Positions 54,830-64,000 of a DNA stretch of 64,000 nt are shown here, in pieces. The DNA comes from Planctomycetota bacterium (GTDB taxonomy: Bacteria > Planctomycetota > B15-G4). The DNA lies in assembly GCA_965248575.1 (NCBI GenBank), contig CBDFJQ010000002.1, forward strand, positions 2,560,001 to 2,624,000, given 5' to 3'. The notes under the pieces were generated by a model, which made no database searches, had not been told where the DNA came from, and saw nothing but the letters and a program-made list of their open reading frames with translations. Positions within the stretch are counted from its first letter, which is position 1. Every line of letters begins with the position of its first letter. A program made the translations under genes and the position numbers.

Positions 54830-56905
54830 TCAGGCATCCGGCGTCTCACCATCCAACCAACTCTGAAAGGACTCGAAGCCGTAATCCCGGCCCAGAAAGT
54901 CCTTCACGAGTTCTGCGGCGGGCAGGCTTCCACCCGGCTCGAGCACCTTCTGGCGGTACTCACGGGCCGTCTTGACGTTCGACACGCCTTCCTGCTGGAA
55001 GCGGCTGAACATGTCCTTGGCGATCACCTCGGACCACTTGTAGGTGTAGTAGATGGCCGAGTAGCCGTTGAGGTGGCCGAAGTTGCACTGGAAGTGCGCG
55101 CCGTCCACGTAGGCGAAGGGGCTGTACTTGGCCTGCAGCTCCTGAACCAGAGCGGTCGTGTCGAGGCCGTCGACATCGCGGCTGTAGCAGTTGAACGAGA
55201 GCGCCGCGTAGAACGCTTGCTGCGCCGTCCCGACACCCTTGCCGAAGTCTTCAGCGGCACGGATCTTCGCGATCAGCGCTTCGGGAATGGGCTCGCCCGT
55301 CTCGTAGTGCTTGGCGAAGGACTGCAAGGTCTTGGCGTCATAGAGCCACTCCTCCAGCATCTGCGACGGGGCTTCGACGAAGTCCCACTCGGTGCTGATG
55401 CCGGTGTTCATGGTCCAGCGACGATGGCCAGCAAAGATGGTGTGCAGCAGGTGACCGAACTCGTGGAAGAAGGTCGACACCTGGCCGAACTCCATCAGGG
55501 CCACACCGTCGGCGCTGTCCTTGGGGTTGGGGAAGTTGCAGACCAGGCTCGCCATGGGCAGGCGCTGACCCTTGACACCAGAGCGGTAGTCAAACTGCGC
55601 CGCGTGGCCGTACTTGTTGGGCCGCGGGTGCATGTCCAGGAAGAAGCGGCCCAGCTGCTCGTCCCCGTCGAAGACGTCCCAGGCGCTCACGTCCTCATGC
55701 CACAGCTCCAGCCCTTCCACGGCTTCGTAGCGGATGCCGAAAAGATGCCCGGTCACATCGAAGATGCCCGCGCGCACGTTCTCGTACTCGAAGTAGGGAC
55801 GGGCCGCCTGGCTGTCGAAGTCGTACTTCTGCGAGCGCACCTTCTCGGAGTAATAACCCTTCTCCCAGTCGGCGACGTCCTTCGCGGCGGGGAAATCCTG
55901 GCGCTTGGCTGCCACCAGCAGCGCGTAGTCGCTCTCGGCAGCCTTGCGGCTCACCTTGGCGATGCGGTTGATGAAGGCTTCGGCCTTCTCGGGCGAGCCC
56001 ACCATCTTGTCCTCGGTGACATAGGCGGCCCAGTTGGCGTAACCCAGCAGCTTGGCCTTCTCGTCGCGCTTGGCGATGAGGGTCTCCAGGACCTCGACGT
56101 TGTCGGGGTAACCGCGGTTGGTGTACTCCAGGTAGAACGCCTTCCGGCGCTCCGGCGACTTGGAGTACGTCATGAAGGGGATGTAGTCGGGGTAGGTCGT
56201 GTTGATGTGGATCTTGCCGTCATCCTGCACGGGGTGCGCGGCGATGTAGTCCGCCGGTAGGCCCTCCAGCTCGTCCGCGCTGTCCAGCAGGATCTCGCGC
56301 ACGTCCTCGTTGATGTTGCGGGAGAACTTCTGCCCCAGCTCCACGAGCTCGTTGTTGAGCGCTGAGATACGACCCTGGACTGCGTCCGACTTGTCCACGC
56401 CCGCGCGACGGTAGTCGTCGAGCTCTTTCTCCACGGCGAAGCGCGTGGCGGCGTCCTCGCCCGAGGCGTCGATGGCCGCGATGGCCTCGTACAGATCCCG
56501 GTCCAGACTCAGCTCCGTGTAGAAGGCGGAGATGGACTGACTGCCAGCAGCTGCCACCTCACGCACTTCGGCATCGGGATGCACCTCCTCGAACAGGTTG
56601 TTCTCGCTGGAGGCCGCATCGGTGTGCATATAGAGTTGGTTCAACAGCTCGAGGGTGTTCGCCACCGTACGCGGCCCCTCGACGGCGAGAATGGCTTCGC
56701 GCACGACGCGCGCGGCGGCCAGATGCTCGGTCGTGTCCGCCTTCAGCTGCTCGGCGGTGCGGTTGATCGGCACGTTCCCCAGCGCCCAGGTGTCTGGGTC
56801 GGAGGCTGCATCACCGCAACCACACAGGGAAGAGCAGGCTGCTGTCAGCGAGCCAAGGCAGACGGCCGCAGCCAGGGCGACAGTGGACAGGGAGACGCGG
56901 AACAT
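54830..56905 (-). CDS. M3 family oligopeptidase (thimet oligopeptidase-like), exported
   Basis: FHEFGHLLH, WDFVEAPSQMLE, FGHL.GY...YYTYKWS; lipoprotein-like signal. Confidence 0.93.
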   Translation of the reverse strand: MFRVSLSTVALAAAVCLGSLTAACSSLCGCGDAASDPDTWALGNVPINRTAEQLKADTTEHLAAARVVREAILAVEGPRTVANTLELLNQLYMHTDAASSENNLFEEVHPDAEVREVAAAGSQSISAFYTELSLDRDLYEAIAAIDASGEDAATRFAVEKELDDYRRAGVDKSDAVQGRISALNNELVELGQKFSRNINEDVREILLDSADELEGLPADYIAAHPVQDDGKIHINTTYPDYIPFMTYSKSPERRKAFYLEYTNRGYPDNVEVLETLIAKRDEKAKLLGYANWAAYVTEDKMVGSPEKAEAFINRIAKVSRKAAESDYALLVAAKRQDFPAAKDVADWEKGYYSEKVRSQKYDFDSQAARPYFEYENVRAGIFDVTGHLFGIRYEAVEGLELWHEDVSAWDVFDGDEQLGRFFLDMHPRPNKYGHAAQFDYRSGVKGQRLPMASLVCNFPNPKDSADGVALMEFGQVSTFFHEFGHLLHTIFAGHRRWTMNTGISTEWDFVEAPSQMLEEWLYDAKTLQSFAKHYETGEPIPEALIAKIRAAEDFGKGVGTAQQAFYAALSFNCYSRDVDGLDTTALVQELQAKYSPFAYVDGAHFQCNFGHLNGYSAIYYTYKWSEVIAKDMFSRFQQEGVSNVKTAREYRQKVLEPGGSLPAAELVKDFLGRDYGFESFQSWLDGETPDA

Positions 56906-56973
56906 GGGTCGAACCTCTCTCGGGCTGGGAAGCGAGAGAGGTTAGCCGAAGCCCCTGGGCCCAGGAAAGCGGC

Positions 56974-57795
56974 CTATTCCCGACGCAGGCTGAGACCGCC
57001 CGAGGAGCGCAGCTCGATCAGATAGCTGCTTCCTGGACGCAGCTCGACGAAGGGTGCCTCGCCGTGGATGGCGCGCACACCGATGGCAGCCGCCTGCTCC
57101 GGGTCATTGGCATAATCCCAGAATCGTAACCAGAGGCGGCTGACGAGCTCCGGTGCCTGGTCGTCGGAGTAGGGCTGCGGCCGTTCCCCCACGCGATCGA
57201 GGGGGAAACCCTGCTCGGGGCTTTGCGTCTCGGAGAACAAACGCCGGAAGAAACAGATGGAGGAACCGCGCCAGACGTCCCCGCGCTCCACATAGTCATC
57301 GCTGAACTTGATGACCAGGGATTCGATGTAGGCCACCTTGCCCGGAAGCGTGTATTCCACGCTTTCGCCCAACAGATTGCCTTCGGGGTCCAGCTCCTCA
57401 AAGCGCACGCGTGTTTCATATTGACCTCCGGGCAACTGTCGCTGCTCCAGGACCGTCAAGCGTGCAATGCGATGGTCGATCTTGAGCAGATGCAGAGCGG
57501 TGTCGAGTTCCTCGATCTGGGCGTCACGCTCCTCCACATCGACCACCAGCTTCACGATGCGCCGATCCCTTTGCGCGACATCTTGCTTGAGGCCGCCGAT
57601 GTGCTCGTCCTGTTCTTGCACCTTTCCGTTGAGATCCTTGATGAGCGAATCGCGCTCAGCAACTTCCGCGCGGTGCCCATCCAGGAGATTGCCGGCCGTG
57701 TTGTAGCCCACCCAACCCAGGCCCACCAAAGCGGCCAGGACCACGGTCCTCAGGAGATAGTTCACTCGTCCGACTCCCTTGGCTTGTGTGCTCAT
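56974..57795 (-). CDS. Membrane-anchored coiled-coil hypothetical protein
   Basis: N-terminal TM helix, heptad region, globular C-terminal domain; ATG 57795 (alternative 57828). Confidence 0.7.
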   Translation of the reverse strand: MSTQAKGVGRVNYLLRTVVLAALVGLGWVGYNTAGNLLDGHRAEVAERDSLIKDLNGKVQEQDEHIGGLKQDVAQRDRRIVKLVVDVEERDAQIEELDTALHLLKIDHRIARLTVLEQRQLPGGQYETRVRFEELDPEGNLLGESVEYTLPGKVAYIESLVIKFSDDYVERGDVWRGSSICFFRRLFSETQSPEQGFPLDRVGERPQPYSDDQAPELVSRLWLRFWDYANDPEQAAAIGVRAIHGEAPFVELRPGSSYLIELRSSGGLSLRRE

Positions 57796-57817
57796 CTCGA
57801 TGTTCCCGGGGCCGCGC

Positions 57818-59740
57818 TCAGCCGTCATCCTCGGTGCCGTCCTCGGCAGCCGCTTCGGCTTCCGCTGCAGCCTTGGCGGCCTTCTTCTTGGCTTTTTTCT
57901 TCTTCTTTTCCTCGTCGTCCTTGTCGTCGCCGAAAAGGCCTCCCAAGGCATCGCCGATCTTGTCGTCCAGCTCGTCCTTCACCTCGTCGAGCTTCTCGTC
58001 CTTCTTGGCCTCCAACTCGGCCTTCTTCTTGTCGACCTCGGCGGTCAGCTCTGCCTTGACTCCAGCCAACAGGGCGTCGGCCATGGCGTCGTCATCGAAG
58101 CTGATGCGCGGGTTGTCCAGAGGGCCTCGCAGGCCAAAGGGCAGGGTCAGCCCGTCCAGCTTCCGGGCACCGGAAGGCAGGGCGACGGTGACACCGTGCA
58201 GGGTGACGTCCAGGGGCAGATCCAGCTCACCGACACGGCCGCCGATCCACGTCCCGTTCAACGAGAAGTCCAAGGTCCCCTTCGAGAGCGCTGGTTTGCC
58301 GTCCACCTGCAGCGAACCAGCCACCGTCTCGGAGGCCACACCCTTCAGGATGAACTTCAGCGTGTTGTCGGCGGGCTCTGCAGAAGCCCCGCCGAGGCCC
58401 ACATCCACATCCAGACGCCCGCTCTGGGCCACGATGCTCATGCGAGCCGGTTGGTCCACCAGGGAGGGTTGCGTGGACACATTCGCAAGGCGGATGTCGA
58501 GCAACTCGCCCGGCATCTGCTCACTTCGCACGCCCCCCGCGATGATCTCACGGATCAACAAGGTGGGCGCATCCGTGAGCAGGTGGCGCGCACTGACGGC
58601 GGCATAGCCCTTGGCGGCCACCTCACGAGCCAGCCGCTCTTCGAAACTCTCTTCCGTTTCTTGCTCAACGCCCTCACCCGAGCTCAGGGTGTCGAGCCAC
58701 TCCCGCACCTGCGCCAGACGATTCTTCCAGAGCTCGGCGTCGGCCAGGTAGTCCTCGAGGCTCTTGGAGTCACCCTGAGCGACCTCCTCGGCCGTCGGAC
58801 CCAGGTCGGGCTCCGGGGCCGGGCCCACGAGGCTTCCCGGCGAGGTACGGCGGGCGCCTGTGGCTCCGTCCACGATCACGAGACGGTCGATGCTCAGCTT
58901 GCGACGCAGCAGGTCTTCCGTCCCCAGGTCCGCCTCCAGGCTGAGCGCGCGAAACAGATCCGTGCCGAGGGCATTGGGGTCGGCCATGGCCAGGCCGGAA
59001 ACGCTCAGTGTTCCGGCCGCGAGGTCCAGGTCCACCGCGTCCACATCCACGGTAGCGCCATTCCACGTCTCGAGACCGCTCTTGGCCGCGCCACCCAGGA
59101 AGGGACCACTCATCAGGGTCGGCGCAAGGAAGAGGACGCCGAGCAAGACCACCACGACCACCACACCGGCCAGGCGAATGGGCGAACTGTGTTTCTGGGA
59201 CGCAACATCCGAGTAGGTCTTCTTGCCGTGGCCGCTGCCCACCAGGACCCAGAGCAAGGAACGCGACCACCAGGTGGTCGAGACCTTGGTGAACTTCTCG
59301 CTCTTCTCTTCCACCTTCGCCATGCGAGTTCGGAAGGCCGACAAGGTCTTGCTCAGGAAGCCGCCCACCACAAGGCCGGTCACGAGGCCGAGCACGAGGC
59401 CGCCCGTCGTGGCGTAGTACTCCAGACCGAACCACGCCAGGACCGGAGCGTTGACGGCACTCCTGAACAGCCCCTCCGAGGGACCTTCGAGCAGCACACG
59501 CCCGATGGAGAAGGACACGGGCATGGCCAGCAAGGCCAACAGCTTGGCGAAGCCCGCCACCAGCAGGCACAAACCGATGTTCGCGTTCAGCACCAGCAGC
59601 AAGAGGACGTAGGCCACCAAGAGGCCGCCGGAGGTCGAGAAGCTGGGGACGAAGCCAATCAGCGCCCCCAACAAACACGCCAGGAAGACCTGCAGTGGGG
59701 TGGCCTTGCCTCGCAGCAGGCCGACGATGTCGCGAATCAT
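57818..59740 (-). CDS. TIGR03546 (DUF2062-like) plus TIGR03545/AsmA-like fusion protein
   Basis: LRGKATPLQVFLACLLGALIGFVP...LNANIG...NAPVLAWFGLEYYATTGG, then a TM helix and NGATVDV...L.MADP...DLF.A, AsmA-like. Confidence 0.7.
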   Translation of the reverse strand: MIRDIVGLLRGKATPLQVFLACLLGALIGFVPSFSTSGGLLVAYVLLLLVLNANIGLCLLVAGFAKLLALLAMPVSFSIGRVLLEGPSEGLFRSAVNAPVLAWFGLEYYATTGGLVLGLVTGLVVGGFLSKTLSAFRTRMAKVEEKSEKFTKVSTTWWSRSLLWVLVGSGHGKKTYSDVASQKHSSPIRLAGVVVVVVLLGVLFLAPTLMSGPFLGGAAKSGLETWNGATVDVDAVDLDLAAGTLSVSGLAMADPNALGTDLFRALSLEADLGTEDLLRRKLSIDRLVIVDGATGARRTSPGSLVGPAPEPDLGPTAEEVAQGDSKSLEDYLADAELWKNRLAQVREWLDTLSSGEGVEQETEESFEERLAREVAAKGYAAVSARHLLTDAPTLLIREIIAGGVRSEQMPGELLDIRLANVSTQPSLVDQPARMSIVAQSGRLDVDVGLGGASAEPADNTLKFILKGVASETVAGSLQVDGKPALSKGTLDFSLNGTWIGGRVGELDLPLDVTLHGVTVALPSGARKLDGLTLPFGLRGPLDNPRISFDDDAMADALLAGVKAELTAEVDKKKAELEAKKDEKLDEVKDELDDKIGDALGGLFGDDKDDEEKKKKKAKKKAAKAAAEAEAAAEDGTEDDG

Positions 59741-59795
59741 CCGAAGAGTCCTCGTGGATGGGGATGCAAGGAACAGACCGGCGCCATGGGATCGC

Positions 59796-60626
59796 TCACG
59801 GATCCAGCCTCGCCCAGAATAGGATGCGCTGGAACGGAAAGAAGAACGGCTTGGAATCGGCCAACACCTGGGCGAGTTCCCGGCGATAGACCCCCAGGTA
59901 CTCCTGATAGAGCTCTGCCGGCATGCGGCGCTCATAATCGGTCAGGGTGGTGCCTTTCAGCCACTCCAGCACGGCCTCGCGATCGGGTAGCTCGTGGGCA
60001 TAGACACGGGCCATCACGTGCTGATCGGCGAATCCCAGCTCATGCAGGGCATGGGCATAGTCCGTGGCGCTGAGGACGGGGGTGCGGCGCACGTAGCCCC
60101 CCAGGGCCTGCGCGAAGGTCGCCTTTCGCGCCACCTCCGCAGCCACCGTCTGGGAAGGGTGCTCATGGTTCGCCGGCACCTGCACCGCCAACTGCCCACC
60201 GGGCGCAAGACAGCCTTTGAGCTGCCGGAGCAAGGCCGGGTGGTCCTCCACCCAGTGCAGGGCTGCGTTTGAGAAGACGAGGTCCCAGCTGCCGTCTGGC
60301 TTGAGCGCAGCCAGGTCGCCTTGCTGGAAACTCAGCGAGGCTGATCCGGCCCGTTGCTCGGCGCAGCGCTCCAACATCGCGGGCGATCGATCCACACCCA
60401 AGGTCTCCCGAGCGCGCAACTGCTCGGCTAGGCGACGCGTCAGCGCCCCCGTGCCGCACCCGAGGTCCAGCACACGCATCTGCGGTTCGGGCACCACGAG
60501 CGCCATCAGGTCGAAGAAGGGCTGGCTGCGCTCCCGCTGGAAGCGGTCGTACTGCGCGGGATTCCACGGGTCGCGCCCAGGATCGTGCCCAGGATCGCAC
60601 GGGGAAGGACTCGTCGATTCGCTCAT
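59796..60626 (-). CDS. tam: Trans-aconitate 2-methyltransferase
   Basis: WNPAQYDRF..ERSQPFFDL, DLGCGTG, SNAALHWVEDH, LAVQVPAN, FPFQRI. Confidence 0.88.
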   Translation of the reverse strand: MSESTSPSPCDPGHDPGRDPWNPAQYDRFQRERSQPFFDLMALVVPEPQMRVLDLGCGTGALTRRLAEQLRARETLGVDRSPAMLERCAEQRAGSASLSFQQGDLAALKPDGSWDLVFSNAALHWVEDHPALLRQLKGCLAPGGQLAVQVPANHEHPSQTVAAEVARKATFAQALGGYVRRTPVLSATDYAHALHELGFADQHVMARVYAHELPDREAVLEWLKGTTLTDYERRMPAELYQEYLGVYRRELAQVLADSKPFFFPFQRILFWARLDP

Positions 60627-60771
60627 GGGCTCGTTCCAACTTGTGCCACGGTCTCCATTCCCCGCCTTCGACGTTCCTCACCGTATACTGCACGGCTCGC
60701 CCGCCCGAGCATCCAGCGGCCCATCCTGGACGAAACCGCCATGGGGCCAGGGCCAGTCATCGAGTCCGGAC

Positions 60772-61506
60772 ATGCGCATCCTGCCCTCCTCAACCCAACT
60801 CATGCGAGCGCTCGGAGTTCTCCTGTGCAGCCTCGCCTTTCTTTCCGTCCTGGGCGGCAGCACCTGTATCTGGAGCGCAGACGATGACGACAGCCAATGC
60901 TATGACGACGACGATGACAACGATGCGTTCTGCGATGATGACGACGACTTCAACGCCACGGCAGGGGGAGCCTCGCTCTCGCCCGACTTCCTGAGCCTTC
61001 AAGAAGGCTTGCTCGACCTGGGTCCCGGCGTTCCCTTGGACTCCCGAGCCACGTCCATCCGCCGCTCCAGCAGCGAGCCCGCCGGAAGTACGGCACGTCT
61101 CACCAACTATGTGCTCGAGCTGGAGAGCCGCCCGGGCCGACACCCTGTGGCGCGGGTGCGCGACATCGTCGGTTTGGCCGTGGGCGCCGAGACGTCATCG
61201 CTCGCCAAGCACCCGCTCACCCTGATGGGCGCCGAGGACTTTCGTTTGTTCAGCGCTGACGTGCTGGCCGCCAACGACGACCTGCTCGGACTGCCTGAGG
61301 GGGCCGGTGAGCTTCGCCCCCGCAGCGTGCACTTTCTCGATCAGCTGGTGGCCGTGGTGTTCGAACAGCTTCCCGGCGACGCAGCCTCCGAAGCCCAGGT
61401 CATCTTCGCCTTCGATCTCCTCGGCCGGCTGCTCCTGATCGAGAACCGGACGATCCTGCCCCCTGGAATCGAGGCGACGGTGCCTGACGAGCTGCTGCGC
61501 CCGTAG
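60772..61506 (+). CDS. Exported protein with a poly-Asp/Cys N-terminal tract and an FTP-propeptide-like C-terminus
   Basis: Signal-like segment LGVLLCSLAFLSVLGGSTC, then DDDDSQCYDDDDDNDAFCDDDDD; TAG overlaps the next GTG. Confidence 0.7.
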   Translation: MRILPSSTQLMRALGVLLCSLAFLSVLGGSTCIWSADDDDSQCYDDDDDNDAFCDDDDDFNATAGGASLSPDFLSLQEGLLDLGPGVPLDSRATSIRRSSSEPAGSTARLTNYVLELESRPGRHPVARVRDIVGLAVGAETSSLAKHPLTLMGAEDFRLFSADVLAANDDLLGLPEGAGELRPRSVHFLDQLVAVVFEQLPGDAASEAQVIFAFDLLGRLLLIENRTILPPGIEATVPDELLRP

Positions 61507-62894
61507 TGAGCACCACGCGGCGGCTCTTCGCGCCGACCCCTGCCAGCTCCCTGGCGTGCTTCCGTATCGCCTTCGGCCTGATCTTGTGTTGGGAAGTCGG
61601 GCGCTACTTCCAACACGGCTGGATCTCCGAGTACTTCGTCGAGCCCCGCTTCCACTTCCACTACGCCGGCTTCGGCTGGGTGGCGCCCCTGCCAGCGGCG
61701 GGTCTGCGAGGTCTCTTCGTGGGGCTCGGTGTGTGCGCGGCAGGGATCGCCACCGGCTATCGCCTGCGCCTAGCAGCCAGCCTCTTCTGCCTCGGCTTCA
61801 GCTACGTGTTCCTGCTGGAGAAGGCGCGCTACCTCAACCACTTCTACCTGGTGATCCTGCTGTGCGGCTTGCTGGCAGTCGCTCCGGCGGATCGCGTCTG
61901 GTCCATGTCGGCCTGGCGACGGCGCAAGGGACGCCAACGGGCGGGCTCGGCGGTTGAGGGCAGCGTGCCGGCCTGGAGCCTGGCCCTGCTACGAACGCAG
62001 TTCGGCCTCGTCTACCTCTTTGCGGGCCTCGCCAAGCTCAACGAAGATTGGCTTCGCGCCCGGCCCCTCACCGACTGGCTCGGAAGCCGCCAGGAGCACG
62101 CCGTCCTGGGCCCTCTGCTGCAGCAGGACTGGTCCCCCTGGCTCTTCAGCTACGGCGGCTTGGCCCTCGATCTAGCGGCCTGGCCCTTGCTCATCTGGAA
62201 GCGCACGCGCGGGTTCGCCTTCCTGCTCACGTGCGCCTTCCACCTCACCAATGCGTCCCTGTTCGGCATCGGCATCTTTCCCTGGACGATGATCGCCGGG
62301 ACAGCGCTCTTCCTGGACCCGGACGGGCCACGACGCCTGCTCCGACGCTGGACGCAGCCCTCGTCGCCCCCCCGCTCGAAGCCGCTGTCGAATGCGCTGT
62401 CCGAAGCCCCGTCCGAAGCTCCCCCCGGGGCTCGCCAGCGGCTTGTTCTGTGGGCCCTGGGCATCTACCTGGGACTCCAGGTCCTGATCCCGTTGCGGCA
62501 CTTTGCCTATCCAGGCCCCGTGAGTTGGACCGAAGAAGGCCACAGCTTCTCGTGGCACATGAAGCTCCGCAGCAAGCGCAGCGAGACGAGCTTCCGGCTG
62601 CGCAATGGGAACACCGGTGAGGAGTGGCTCGTGAATCCGGCGGCCGAGCTCACCGACTGGCAGACGCGCAAGATGAGCGGTCGCCCCGACATGATCCTCC
62701 AGTATGGCCAGCATCTGGGGCGGCGCCTGGCTGCAGAGTCGGGCGACCCCATCGAGGTGCGCGTGGCATCTTCCGTCTCCCTCAACTCGCGACCGCCGCA
62801 AGCCCTCATCGACCCCGCGCGGGACATCATGGACCTTCACTGGGGATGGTCCGCCGCTCCCTGGATCGTCCCGCTGAGAGAGACGTCGCCCTAG
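61506..62894 (+). CDS. HTTM-domain, vitamin K-dependent gamma-carboxylase-like membrane protein
   Basis: FRIAFG, YVFLLEKARYLNHFYL, VYLFAGLAKLNEDW, FHLTNASLFGIGIFPW, WTEEGHSFSWHMKL, PDMILQY, VSLNSR...IDP. Confidence 0.88.
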   Translation: MSTTRRLFAPTPASSLACFRIAFGLILCWEVGRYFQHGWISEYFVEPRFHFHYAGFGWVAPLPAAGLRGLFVGLGVCAAGIATGYRLRLAASLFCLGFSYVFLLEKARYLNHFYLVILLCGLLAVAPADRVWSMSAWRRRKGRQRAGSAVEGSVPAWSLALLRTQFGLVYLFAGLAKLNEDWLRARPLTDWLGSRQEHAVLGPLLQQDWSPWLFSYGGLALDLAAWPLLIWKRTRGFAFLLTCAFHLTNASLFGIGIFPWTMIAGTALFLDPDGPRRLLRRWTQPSSPPRSKPLSNALSEAPSEAPPGARQRLVLWALGIYLGLQVLIPLRHFAYPGPVSWTEEGHSFSWHMKLRSKRSETSFRLRNGNTGEEWLVNPAAELTDWQTRKMSGRPDMILQYGQHLGRRLAAESGDPIEVRVASSVSLNSRPPQALIDPARDIMDLHWGWSAAPWIVPLRETSP

Positions 62895-63000
62895 CTTCGA
62901 GGTTTCAGCCTTGAGATAGCGTGGGCGATGCGGTCCTTTATGAAGCTCGTTCCGGCGCGCTGGGGAAGTCACGCGTTGCAACTGTCGCCGTCCTGCTTGC

Positions 63001-63999
63001 ATGCCTCCTGATCCGCTGTTTCATCGCGTCCTCCTCTCCATGGTCCTCTTGGCCACGGGCCCCCTCGCCAGTGGCCCCGCCGGGCTCGAGGTGCGCCCTG
63101 CAAACGAGACCGGGGCCTCCCCGCTCAACTCCGTGCTCATCAACGAGCTGGACGCGGATCAGAGCGGCGTCGACATGCTGGAGTTCATCGAGCTGCTCGC
63201 CCCAGCCCAGGGATGGGACCTCTCCGCTTGGGTGGTGGTGCTCTACAACGGGGCTGCCCCAGACGACGAGGCCTACGACGCCATCGCGCTGACAGGCCAG
63301 TTGGCAGGGGAAGACGGGCTGTTCGTGTTGGGTTCGACGGGCGTCGAGAGCGTCGATCTGGTGGCCTTCAGCAGCAACGGCATCCAGAACGGACCTGATG
63401 CCGTGGCTCTCTGGCACGCTCCGGGGCTGAAGGCGTCTGACTTCCTGGGCACCAACCCGTCCACGCCCCCCGCGGGGGCGCGCCTCGCCGACGCCCTGGT
63501 GCACTCCACGGGCGACGCTCCGGACCAGGCCCTGCTCGACGCCCTGACCCCCGGCGCCCTGATGCGCGACGAAAGCGCGGGGCTCGGGCCCAGCGAGCGC
63601 TCCCTGCAACGGCGCCCAGATGGCGGAGCGCCCTTCGACACGGCGAGCTTCATCCCCTCGGCTCCAAGCCCCGGGCGTCGAAACGGAACCCTGCATCATG
63701 TGGCCATTCATGCCATCCAGGGCCCCGGCCATCGTTCCCCCTACGAAGGTTCGTTCGTGGCTGACGTCGAAGGGGTCGTCACCGCCGTGCGCGACGACCG
63801 CTTCCACCTACAGGCCTTGCCCGGCTCAGAGGACGAAGACCCTCACACCTCCGAGGCGCTGCTCGTCTTGCCGGGCACGGCAGATCAACCTGAGGTAGGT
63901 GACCACATCCTGCTGAGCGGTTGGGTCGAGGAGCATTCACCGGGGGGAAGTCCGGGCAACCTGAGCACCACGCGCCTCATCTTGCTGGGAGAGTGGGTG
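63001..63999 (+). CDS. ExeM/NucH-like extracellular nuclease: lamin-tail domain plus OB-fold (partial)
   Basis: Not in the ORF track; translated by hand from ATG 63001: signal peptide, VLINELDADQSGVDMLEFIEL, QNGPDAVAL, SLQRRPDG, PSPGRRN, IHAIQGPGHRSPYEG, VEGVVTA, VGDHILLSGWVEE; open to the window end. Confidence 0.8.
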   Translation, partial: MPPDPLFHRVLLSMVLLATGPLASGPAGLEVRPANETGASPLNSVLINELDADQSGVDMLEFIELLAPAQGWDLSAWVVVLYNGAAPDDEAYDAIALTGQLAGEDGLFVLGSTGVESVDLVAFSSNGIQNGPDAVALWHAPGLKASDFLGTNPSTPPAGARLADALVHSTGDAPDQALLDALTPGALMRDESAGLGPSERSLQRRPDGGAPFDTASFIPSAPSPGRRNGTLHHVAIHAIQGPGHRSPYEGSFVADVEGVVTAVRDDRFHLQALPGSEDEDPHTSEALLVLPGTADQPEVGDHILLSGWVEEHSPGGSPGNLSTTRLILLGEWV

Positions 64000-64000
64000 C

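Noticed and set aside
60632..60648. TGGCAC on the minus strand upstream of tam as a sigma-54 site
   Set aside because: No GC at the -12 position (TGGCAC-AAGTT-GGAAC).
62938..63807. 289-aa minus-strand ORF at the window end
   Set aside because: Shadow of the plus-strand ExeM/NucH-like gene starting at 63001, which the track omits because it has no stop in the window.

Overview
GC-rich bacterial chromosomal window of mostly housekeeping and cell-envelope genes. The gene set (two ECF sigma/anti-sigma pairs, sulfatase-like proteins, a TIGR03545/TIGR03546-like gene, single-cytochrome-b succinate dehydrogenase, many lipoproteins) suggests an uncultured Planctomycetota-type organism; this is inference, not a taxonomic search. 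About 55 CDS can be supported, including sdhCAB, glcDEF, gpmA, orn, asnB, rmuC, tam, a Zn/Mn-type ABC importer with an outer-membrane channel, and a MauG-like di-haem protein. I saw no rRNA, tRNA, CRISPR array, transposase or integrase. Three features stand out. (1) A His/Cys-rich exported leader ORF with CxxC and a C-terminal RAPP arrest motif sits just upstream of the metal-uptake operon (8198-13097). (2) A 344-bp intergenic structure (31398-31741) has an identical 55-bp core twice in inverted orientation, each copy inside its own unrelated perfect 18-bp inverted repeat. (3) A vitamin K-dependent carboxylase-like gene overlaps by one base an exported protein with a poly-Asp/Cys tract (60772-62894). 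All family assignments come from motif recognition by eye, with no database searches.
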